Positions 10,075 to 17,456 of a stretch of 64,000 nt of DNA are shown here, piece by piece; within the stretch, counting starts at the first letter, position 1; each line of letters starts with the position of its first letter. The notes below the pieces were generated by a model, which saw nothing but the letters and a program-made list of their open reading frames with translations, was not told where the DNA came from and ran no database searches. The stretch spans positions 341,042 through 405,041 of the forward strand of contig JAKIWL010000002.1 of NCBI GenBank assembly GCA_022750055.1. The letters run 5' to 3'. The position numbers and the translations under genes were made by a program. The DNA is from Thermoplasmata archaeon. GTDB taxonomy: Archaea; Thermoplasmatota; Thermoplasmata; Lutacidiplasmatales; UBA184.

Positions 10075-11067
10075 ATGAACTGTCCGAACTGCGGAGCGAC
10101 GCTCCCGGACGGAGCCCGGTTCTGCTACTCCTGCGGGCGCCCGCTCGGCGGCGGGGCCGCAGGAGGCATGCCGGCTCCGCCGCCCCCGCCGCCCCCACCC
10201 CCGACGAGCGCGCCCTCGGGGGGCGGGGCCGCGACGGCTCCCGTGAACTGTCCGAACTGCGGCGCCCCCCTGAAGCCGCTCTTCGGCGAGATGGTCATCA
10301 CCTGCGAGTACTGCGGAGCCTCCGTCACCCTCGGAGGGTCCGGCTGGAAGGAGATCAACAAGCATACCCTGCTCCTCCCGAAGGTCACCACCCCGGATCA
10401 GGCGCTCGCGACGGTCCAGAGGTTCCTCGACCAGGGATTCTTTCACCGCAAGGACTTCGAGGAATCCGAGGTCGTCGAGCAGAAGCTCTCCTTCGTCCCG
10501 TTCTGGATCGTGCCGACGGCCGCGACGACCTCTTTTACCTACACGGACGTGGCCGTCAGCGTCGGCAGCACGGTCGCGACGGTCGCGGCGGCCGAGCTAT
10601 TGGGGAGCGCCCTCGGCGGGGGCCGCCGGGGAGGATTCATTCCCATTCCCATGATGATGGGCTCTCCCGTGAACTCGACGCGCCAGGACTCGATCTCGGG
10701 CCAGTACGAGTTCCCGGTCGTCGCGGTCAAGAGCATGAGCGAGTACCAGCCCAAGGACTACAAGTTCCGGCTCGAGGACCGCACTTTCTTCGACCAGAAA
10801 GCGATCCCGAAGGGCTCCCCGGTCCTGAACGGGGACCTCGGCGAGGATGCTGCCCAGCACGCGGCCCGCGCCTTCGTCATGCAACTGCAGTCCGAGGCGG
10901 CCCACAAGAAGCACTCCATGGTGAGCCAGGTGAACACCCAAGTGGAGGTCTCCGAGAGCGAGCTCCTCCACGTGCCGGTGTGGTACTACGTGCTCAATCG
11001 GAAGGGAGTGAAGACGGCCGTGCTCATCGACTCCCACGCCGGCGAAGTGATCCGCACCGTCGGCTGA
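10075..11067 (+). CDS. Double zinc-ribbon protein (YdjG-like)
   Basis: CPNCG..FCYSCG, CPNCGAPL..CEYCG, FVPFW, LLHVPVWYY..Y-like..IDSHAGEV C-terminus. Confidence 0.82.
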   Translation: MNCPNCGATLPDGARFCYSCGRPLGGGAAGGMPAPPPPPPPPPTSAPSGGGAATAPVNCPNCGAPLKPLFGEMVITCEYCGASVTLGGSGWKEINKHTLLLPKVTTPDQALATVQRFLDQGFFHRKDFEESEVVEQKLSFVPFWIVPTAATTSFTYTDVAVSVGSTVATVAAAELLGSALGGGRRGGFIPIPMMMGSPVNSTRQDSISGQYEFPVVAVKSMSEYQPKDYKFRLEDRTFFDQKAIPKGSPVLNGDLGEDAAQHAARAFVMQLQSEAAHKKHSMVSQVNTQVEVSESELLHVPVWYYVLNRKGVKTAVLIDSHAGEVIRTVG

Positions 11068-11120
11068 CCGCCCGGCCGCCGACACGGACCGGCGGTCGGC
11101 CCGACCCTTCGGTCGGTCGG
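11068..11120. terminator. Hairpins between convergent genes
   Basis: CCGACC-CTTC-GGTCGG stem-loop and CCGCC/GGCGG arms between the convergent stops. Confidence 0.3.
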
Positions 11121-11124
11121 TCGA

Positions 11125-12639
11125 TCATCGCATCGATCCCCGGCGGCTCTCCCGCACTCGGATCTCCTCTTCGTAGAACCGCCGGGCAAACTCCCCCTCC
11201 TCGCGGCCGATCTCGATCGGCCCCGTCCCCGGCTCGGCAAAGTAGCGCACGAGGGCCGCCGCGCTCGCGAGCTTGACGGCCCGGGACTTGAGCCTCGGGG
11301 AGAAGGCCGGGTTCGGGGTCCGCGCGAGCACCTTCTCCGACACCTCCCGGAGGGATCGGTAGATGCCGGGGTCGAGGCGGACCGCCCGGGCCGGGAACCG
11401 GTGCGCGACGAGCGGGTGCCGGGTCTCGATGGCGTGGACGAGGGTCAGATGGTCCCGGAGCGCCGCCGCCTCCGAGAAGTCGATCTCGCCGAGGTCGAGT
11501 CGTTCGGCGCTCGCCTCCACCGAACGGAACCGCTCCCGCGTCATCGGGTGGAAGCGCAGCAGCATTCGGTCCTCCAACGCGGAGAAGTTCGGGTCGTTGA
11601 ACGTGGTCCAGAAGTCCGAGGGACCTGCCGTGCGGACGTTGTAGTTGACCGAGAGGAACGAGCGGAACGTGTACGGGCCGACCACCCCGAGGGTCGTCTC
11701 CCACTTCACCTCGCGCTGCTCCATCACGAGCTTGAGCGGCTCGACCATCCCGCGGTACTTGAACCAGTCATTGAACTCCGGGACGATGAAATTGAACGTC
11801 CGCCCCGCGTAGGACGCGCCGACACGCAGGAACTGGACCGGCGTGATCCCGCCGCAGTACCGGTTGCGCCCGGGGAGGCCGTGCGCGGGGACCCCGGAAC
11901 GTGGGTTCCCCCGGATCATGTCGTCGATCGAGAACGTCTTGCCGGTCCCCGGGGGCCCGAAGAGGGCGAGGTGGAATCCCGTCGAGCCGGTGGGTCGACC
12001 CGTCGGCGCGAGCAAGGGCACATCGGCGAGGGCGTACTGTTGGAGTAGGGAGACGAGCGAATCGGAGAACAACGTTTCGCCGAAGAGCGAGCGTAGGTAG
12101 TCCGCGAGGTGGCCGATCGATAGGCTGCGTCCGAATCGTACAGTCGCCTCGAGCCGGTGGTCGACGATCGCTCTCAGCGCGTCGAGGAACTCCGTGTCCA
12201 TCGAGCGGATCTCGGCCTCCTCATCCGGCACCGGTTGGAGCGCGGCGGGCCCCGCGCTCTCGCTGCGCCAGAGCTCCGTCTCGAGCAGGCGTTCGAGCTC
12301 CTCCGGATACGGGAGCTGGTAGGTCCGGTCCCTGCGCCCTTCGGGCCGGTCGTCGAGCAGTCCGCGCCGCTTCAGGCGCGAGAGGATCCGAGCCGGGTCG
12401 GCGAAGACGCGCTCCGAAGCCATTCGGGCTCGCAGGCTGGACAGACGGAACGTGGCCAGGCGCCCCCGGCCGCTTGCGGGCCGATTTCGGGTGCTCTCAC
12501 GGAGGAGGGCAACGAGGATCCGGACGACCGGGACCTCCTCCGCCTCGATCTCGATCCCGCGTCCGGCCGCCACGGCGAACTCGGGTAGGCGGCCCCGCTC
12601 GTATAGCCGTATGCGGGGAGGCGGCCACGAAGGGTGCAC
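11125..12639 (-). CDS. MCM-like AAA+ ATPase with N-terminal winged-helix-like region
   Basis: Walker A LALFGPPGTGKT, degenerate Walker B FIVPEF, LKLVMEQREVK (cf. MCM AMEQQ), ALEDRM Arg-finger region, FSPRL sensor-2. Confidence 0.75.
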   Translation of the reverse strand: MHPSWPPPRIRLYERGRLPEFAVAAGRGIEIEAEEVPVVRILVALLRESTRNRPASGRGRLATFRLSSLRARMASERVFADPARILSRLKRRGLLDDRPEGRRDRTYQLPYPEELERLLETELWRSESAGPAALQPVPDEEAEIRSMDTEFLDALRAIVDHRLEATVRFGRSLSIGHLADYLRSLFGETLFSDSLVSLLQQYALADVPLLAPTGRPTGSTGFHLALFGPPGTGKTFSIDDMIRGNPRSGVPAHGLPGRNRYCGGITPVQFLRVGASYAGRTFNFIVPEFNDWFKYRGMVEPLKLVMEQREVKWETTLGVVGPYTFRSFLSVNYNVRTAGPSDFWTTFNDPNFSALEDRMLLRFHPMTRERFRSVEASAERLDLGEIDFSEAAALRDHLTLVHAIETRHPLVAHRFPARAVRLDPGIYRSLREVSEKVLARTPNPAFSPRLKSRAVKLASAAALVRYFAEPGTGPIEIGREEGEFARRFYEEEIRVRESRRGSMR

Positions 12640-12660
12640 GCGGTTTCGCGTCCGGACCCT

Positions 12661-12671
12661 GGTTTATCTAT
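12661..12671. promoter_or_regulatory. Candidate bidirectional TATA element between the AAA+ ATPase and hjc
   Basis: TTTATCTA lies ~22-24 bp from both divergent GTG starts (12639 on -, 12692 on +). Confidence 0.55.
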
Positions 12672-12691
12672 CCCAGCGAGAACGGCCACTC

Positions 12692-13243
12692 GTGCCCCCC
12701 ACCGGGTCCAACTACGAACGCGAGCTGAAGGGGCTCCTCCAGGGCGAGCCCGAATCCCTCGACCGGTACACTCGCGCGCTCTCGGCCAGCGAGCGGTCCC
12801 GCCTTCGGGACACTCCGACCACCCCGTTCCTCGTCGTGCGCGCCGCGGGCTCCTTCGGATTCGACCTCGTCGCCTTGCGGAGCGAATTCGCCTTCCCGGT
12901 CGAGGTGAAGGCCTCCTCGAGCGACACGATCCATTTCTCGGCCGCGAGCGGGAGGGCCGACAAGCAGCTCTACGCGCACCGGCGCACAGTCGAGCGGGTG
13001 GGGCTGATCGTCGTGTACGCCTACCGACGCCTCGGGCATCGGGGGGGCGACCCCTGGCGGCTCTATGCCACAGGGACCAGTCGGTCGGCGGGCCGGTCGG
13101 CGTTCTTGCTCGGTCGACTCCCACCGGTGGAGACGACGCGAGAAGGAAACGCCGTCCTACGTTGGGAGTCGGGATTGCCGCTGAGCCGGTTCCTCGAACT
13201 GGTCAGCCTCCTCACCACCCCGGTGGCGGCTCCCGCCGCATGA
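12692..13243 (+). CDS. hjc: Archaeal Holliday junction resolvase (PD-(D/E)xK)
   Basis: GSNYERELK, VVRAAGS, DLVAL, VEVKAS motifs. Confidence 0.85.
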   Translation: MPPTGSNYERELKGLLQGEPESLDRYTRALSASERSRLRDTPTTPFLVVRAAGSFGFDLVALRSEFAFPVEVKASSSDTIHFSAASGRADKQLYAHRRTVERVGLIVVYAYRRLGHRGGDPWRLYATGTSRSAGRSAFLLGRLPPVETTREGNAVLRWESGLPLSRFLELVSLLTTPVAAPAA

Positions 13244-14379
13244 AGGTCCACGTCCGGACGACGGGCGTGACCCGGTTCGGGAAGCGCGCCGAGGGCCTGG
13301 TCGAGCTCCTCGCCGAGGCCGGCACCGCGGCGCTCCAACCCCTCGGCCGAAAGCCGGTGGACCTCCTGCTCGTCGGGAGCATGGCCTCGGACATCCTCGG
13401 GGAGACCGGCAACCTGGTCGCGCGGCTGTCGGACCTGCTCGGTCTCGAGGCGGTCGCCGGGTATCGGATCGAGTCGGCGAGCGCGAGCGGCGCGGCCGCG
13501 GTCCACGCCGGTGCGGTCGCCGTGGCGAGCGGCTCGTACCACCGGGTCCTCGTGGTGGCCGGCGAGAAGATGACGGGACGCCCCACCGCGGACGTCGCGG
13601 CGACGCTCGCGCGATCGCTCGCGCCGGCCGAGTTCCAGATCGGAGCGACGATGCCGGCGTTGGCCGCGATCGTCGCGCAACGGTACCTGCTCCGCCACGG
13701 GCTGACCGAGGAGGTCCTCGACCTCGTCTCCGTGCAGGCCCGTCAGGCGGCCTCCCGGAATCCGAACGCCCAGTTCCGCTCGCCCGTCTCGGTGGAGGAG
13801 GTGCGCGCGAGTCGACTGATCTCGGCACCGCTACGCCTCCTGCATTGCTCGGCCGTGAGCGACGGGGCGGCCGCGGTCGTCCTCGAACACGGCGCCGGCC
13901 CGGTGGAGATCGCCGGGCTCGGCCAGTCGGTGGACCAACTCTCCCTCGTCGACCGCCCCGACCTGACGACGTTCCGAGCGACCCGGGTGGCCGCGCAACG
14001 AGCCTTCGAAGCGGCCCGGTTCGGAGCGAGGTCGGTCTCCTTCGCCGAGGTCCACGACGCCTTCGCCCCGTTCTCCTTCATCGACCTCGAGGACCTCGGG
14101 TTGTGCGATCCGGGGCTCGCACCGGGGCTCTACCGAACGGGCGCCACCCTGCCCGACGGCCGGATACCGGTGAACGTCTCCGGGGGCCTCCTCGGCCGGG
14201 GCCACCCGGTCGGTGCCTCAGGGATCGTGCAGATCGCCGAGGCCGCCCGCCAGTTCACGGGCGAGGCGGGCGCCATGCAACTGCCGGGTCGCCCGGCCGT
14301 CGGGTTGGCGCAATCCATCGGGGGACTCGGGAGCCACAACTTCGTCACGCTCCTCCAACGGGGGGCCTCCGACGGATGA
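13240..14379 (+). CDS. Thiolase-family (SCP2-type) protein lacking the N-terminal catalytic Cys
   Basis: TRFGK, ESASASG (Cys site is Ser), VAGEKM, NPNAQF, CSAVSDGAAA, EVHDAF, VNVSGGLLGRGHPVGASG. Confidence 0.9.
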   Translation: MKVHVRTTGVTRFGKRAEGLVELLAEAGTAALQPLGRKPVDLLLVGSMASDILGETGNLVARLSDLLGLEAVAGYRIESASASGAAAVHAGAVAVASGSYHRVLVVAGEKMTGRPTADVAATLARSLAPAEFQIGATMPALAAIVAQRYLLRHGLTEEVLDLVSVQARQAASRNPNAQFRSPVSVEEVRASRLISAPLRLLHCSAVSDGAAAVVLEHGAGPVEIAGLGQSVDQLSLVDRPDLTTFRATRVAAQRAFEAARFGARSVSFAEVHDAFAPFSFIDLEDLGLCDPGLAPGLYRTGATLPDGRIPVNVSGGLLGRGHPVGASGIVQIAEAARQFTGEAGAMQLPGRPAVGLAQSIGGLGSHNFVTLLQRGASDG

Positions 14380-14714
14380 ACGCCGGCCCGCGCGACATCG
14401 TCATCGCCCGATGCGAAAGTTGCCACGGCCGGTTCCTCCCTCGGCCCGGCGCGTGTCCCCGATGCGGCTCGACCGCCGTGACCCCCCAGCCCATCCCGCC
14501 CTCGGGGGAGATCCTCGCGGCCACGGAACTCTGGGTTCCGGCGACGGGATGGCCCACCCCCCACCGACTTGCCCTCGTCGGCCTCTCGGAGGACGTCCGT
14601 GTGCTCGCCCAGGTCGTGGGCCCGCTCCCGAAGATCGGCTCTCCGGTCCGGGTGGAGCAGGTCGGCGAACGCTACGTCATCCACACCGGGCCCCCTTCGG
14701 ACCCGCCGGCGTAA
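14376..14714 (+). CDS. DUF35 family Zn-ribbon/OB-fold protein
   Basis: RCESC..PR..CPRCGS, OB-fold-like C-terminus; ATGA-coupled to the thiolase-like gene. Confidence 0.88.
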   Translation: MNAGPRDIVIARCESCHGRFLPRPGACPRCGSTAVTPQPIPPSGEILAATELWVPATGWPTPHRLALVGLSEDVRVLAQVVGPLPKIGSPVRVEQVGERYVIHTGPPSDPPA

Positions 14715-14828
14715 CGCGGGGAGGGGGAATCTCCGGACGGCGGGAACCCCGCCGCCCCTTTGAACCCCCGAGGTGAAACCACCACTGGATTAGCAATCCA
14801 GCGCCTTACCGGGCTGGGCTATCCCCGC
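14715..14828 (-). tRNA. tRNA-Ser(GCT) with a 30-nt intron in the T-loop
   Basis: Minus strand reads GCGGGGA TA GCCCAGCCCGGTAAGGC G CTGGA TT GCT AA TCCAG, long variable arm GGTG-GTTT-CACC, GGGGG TTCAAA [intron] T CCCCC TCCCCGC G; G73 discriminator; TTAAAA box ~27 bp upstream. Confidence 0.9.
14729..14758 (-). other. tRNA intron at position 59/60 (relaxed bulge-helix-bulge)
   Basis: GGGGCGGCGGGGTTCCCGCCGTCCGGAGAT; removal restores a 7-nt TTCAAAT T-loop; internal 10-bp hairpin. Confidence 0.82.
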
Positions 14829-14963
14829 GCGGCGCGGCTGACCGCGTTCGGCCCTTTTAACCTGGCGGTGGGCGGCGTGCCCGCGACGGTCGCCCGTCCC
14901 GAGCGTTCCGATTCGCGACGAAGGTCTGATGAGCGGACGCCGTGCTCCCCCGACGAGGGAGCC

Positions 14964-15926
14964 GTGCGGGTCGTCGAGGCCGGAGTGGTCGGCGCGGGCG
15001 CGATGGGGGCGGCGATCGCCGAGCTCCTCGCGTTCAACGGCATTCCGGTCCATCTCAAGGAGGTGGACGAGACCCGCCTTCGCTCGGGCCTCGATCGGAT
15101 CCGGGGACTCGTCAAGGAACTCGTTCAGTTCCATGAACGGCGGGCCGGCGAGGAGATCGCGCGGATCGAGGGGATCGGCCTCACCCTGTCCGAGGTCCAG
15201 CGGGAGGCGATCCGATTTCGATATCGGCCCAAGGTCTCGCGCGGCCAGGGGGAGGAGATCGTCGAGCGGATCCACGGCACCGTGGATTGGAAGCCGTTCG
15301 AACGGGCCGATCTCGTCATTGAGGCGGTCTTCGAGCGGGAGGAGGTCAAGCGTTCCGTCCTCGAATCGCTCGACCGGGTCCTCCCGGACCATGCGGTGAT
15401 CGGGACGAACACCTCGTCGCTGTCGATCACCCGACTCGCACGCGGGCTGCGGCATGCTCCCTCCACGCTCGCGACGCACTTTTTCAATCCTCCGACCACG
15501 CTGCCCCTGGTCGAGGTGGCCGCGGGCGTCGAGACGCGCGAGGAGGTCGTGTCGGAGGCGATCGATTTCTTCCAGGGTCTTCGCAACCACCGGTATCCGA
15601 TGGTCCCGATCCGGGTGAAGGAATCTCCGGGGTTCCTGGTGAATCGGATCCTGCTTCCGGTGCTCAACGAGGCGTGCTCGGCCCTGCAGGAGGGACTCGC
15701 CCCGGCCCGGGACATCGACCTCGCGATGAAGACCGGGGCCGGACTTCCGATGGGCCCGTTCGAGCTCGCGGACCTGATCGGCCTCGACCTCGCCCTCGAG
15801 GTCTCATCGACGCTGGTCCGGGAGACCGGGGACCCGAAGTATCGTCCGCCCCCTCTCCTGCGGCGCTTGGTAGACGCCGGTCACCTCGGGCGGAAGGCCG
15901 GTCGCGGTTTCTACGAATACCCTTAG
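14964..15926 (+). CDS. 3-hydroxyacyl-CoA dehydrogenase (3-hydroxybutyryl-CoA dehydrogenase family)
   Basis: GVVGAGAMG, ADLVIEAVFE, TNTSSLS, HFFNP, PGFLVNR, PMGPFELADLIGLD, GRKAGRGFY; GTG start after GAGGGA. Confidence 0.92.
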   Translation: MRVVEAGVVGAGAMGAAIAELLAFNGIPVHLKEVDETRLRSGLDRIRGLVKELVQFHERRAGEEIARIEGIGLTLSEVQREAIRFRYRPKVSRGQGEEIVERIHGTVDWKPFERADLVIEAVFEREEVKRSVLESLDRVLPDHAVIGTNTSSLSITRLARGLRHAPSTLATHFFNPPTTLPLVEVAAGVETREEVVSEAIDFFQGLRNHRYPMVPIRVKESPGFLVNRILLPVLNEACSALQEGLAPARDIDLAMKTGAGLPMGPFELADLIGLDLALEVSSTLVRETGDPKYRPPPLLRRLVDAGHLGRKAGRGFYEYP

Positions 15927-15978
15927 TCCGATCGGGTGCCTCCTCCGGGATCTTCGGGTCTCCCGAGGGCGAATCGGA

Positions 15979-17022
15979 TCAGGGGGCCGCCGGGGGCAAA
16001 ATGCCCGTGGGAATCTGGGGTTGGAAAGTCGATCCCTGCAGAGGGAATCCACCTGCGACGGCGACCGGTGGCAGCGAGGTCCGAGGGGCGGGCGGGGGTT
16101 GGGGGGGTCTGGGCGGGGGGGGAAAGAGGCGTGCCTTCAGAAACCCGGCCATCTCCTTCCATGCGACCTCGGCATTCTCTAGCCGGTACGCGCGCAGATC
16201 GCGGGCAAGGAAATGACGCCCGACGTCGCCGGCGTCGACGAGGGTGAGAAGTCCGGGCGCCAGGCCCTGCTCAAGCTGCTGTCGAGCGCGGAGGGCGAGT
16301 GCGTCCCGTCGCCCGGCCACGAACAGCGTGGGAGCCGTGACGAGGCGGACCAGCTCGGGGGGGCGGACCGGAGCGGGGTAAGCGAGGACCAGGCCCGAGA
16401 GAGTCTGCTCTTTCGTCGCGAGCACGGTCGCCAACGTCGCTCCGTAGGAAAGGCCGACGACGGCCGTCTTCTGGGAGTCCGCCATCGGGGTGGACCGGAG
16501 GTACGACAGGGCATCGGCATACAACTGGGTCAGCCGGGTGACGCCCGGTGAGTCCGCGAGGACGCCGCCCCCTCGAGCGCCCCAACGTAGGGAGAAGTGA
16601 TCCCGGGGTCCGACGATGTGGGTCCGGTCGAGGTCGGGCAACATCACCTCGAACCCCTCGCGCGCGAAGCGGATGGCGCCGTCCAAGATGGCGGTCGTGA
16701 GCCCATGCACCTCCGGCGTGAAGAGGATCCCCGGATGGCGGACGACCTTGGTCGGGGTCAGCAGGATCGCCGGGGCTCGCTCGGTCGGCGCGGCCGAGGT
16801 CGGGAACCACAACCGCTCGCTCCGATACGCAGGGAGCGGCGCACCGGGCGTCACCGTGGTCCCGTTCCATCGCTTGTTCAGGAAATCGATGACGCAGAGC
16901 TTGAAGCGCTCCTTCGATAGTACGATGACGGCCTGACGCTTCCCGCAGACGTCACACACGCCGACGACGCCGCTGCCGAATTCCAGGTCCGGAAGGTCGA
17001 GCAGCAGGTCTGCGTCGGTCAT
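15979..17022 (-). CDS. Dienelactone hydrolase-like alpha/beta hydrolase with N-terminal Cys-containing extension
   Basis: PEVHGL, FAREGFEVMLPDL, GLSYGA elbow, AGRRD, HFL..Y....AEVAW. Confidence 0.8.
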   Translation of the reverse strand: MTDADLLLDLPDLEFGSGVVGVCDVCGKRQAVIVLSKERFKLCVIDFLNKRWNGTTVTPGAPLPAYRSERLWFPTSAAPTERAPAILLTPTKVVRHPGILFTPEVHGLTTAILDGAIRFAREGFEVMLPDLDRTHIVGPRDHFSLRWGARGGGVLADSPGVTRLTQLYADALSYLRSTPMADSQKTAVVGLSYGATLATVLATKEQTLSGLVLAYPAPVRPPELVRLVTAPTLFVAGRRDALALRARQQLEQGLAPGLLTLVDAGDVGRHFLARDLRAYRLENAEVAWKEMAGFLKARLFPPPPRPPQPPPAPRTSLPPVAVAGGFPLQGSTFQPQIPTGILPPAAP

Positions 17023-17455
17023 TCCTTCCTCGACGGCCCGTCCGCATCGATGCGACCGGTCGTGCGTTCTTAACCGTTTGCCGGGCGCCGGCCCGGAATA
17101 CGACGAGGCCCGACCTTTCCCTCGGGAACAGCACCGATATCCCTTCCTCGAGTAGCCGATCCCGCAACGCCCGGTCCGCGGTCACGACCCAGGCCCCCAG
17201 GCGCCGCGCGGTCTCGACCACCCCGTCGTCCCCGTCCCGCTCGGCTCGAACCGTTGGATATCGTCGCGCCAATAGGACGGCAGCGGGGGCGTCCGCGACT
17301 CCCCGCTCGCGCAGGCCGCGTAACTCGCGGACCACGCTCGAGGGAACCAGGAGTTCCGCCGACCCGATCGCGCTCTCGACGGCGGATTCGAGCCGGACCG
17401 CCGAGGTGAGCGGAAGGAACAGGGCGTTCGCGTCGAGCAGGACCCGGGGCCGGAT
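16952..17455 (-). CDS. PIN-domain protein (Fcf1/VapC-like), start codon unclear
   Basis: VLLDANAL, VPSSVVREL, DDGVVE, VVTADRALR..GISV; no in-frame ATG/GTG/TTG near the domain start. Confidence 0.68.
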   Translation of the reverse strand: MRPRVLLDANALFLPLTSAVRLESAVESAIGSAELLVPSSVVRELRGLRERGVADAPAAVLLARRYPTVRAERDGDDGVVETARRLGAWVVTADRALRDRLLEEGISVLFPRERSGLVVFRAGARQTVKNARPVASMRTGRRGRNDRRRPAARPSGPGIRQRRRRRV

Positions 17456-17456
17456 C

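Noticed and set aside
14760-14963. N-terminal 68-aa extension of the dehydrogenase ORF in the ORF track
   Set aside because: It overlaps the tRNA-Ser gene and its promoter; the Rossmann motif begins right after GTG 14964, which has an SD
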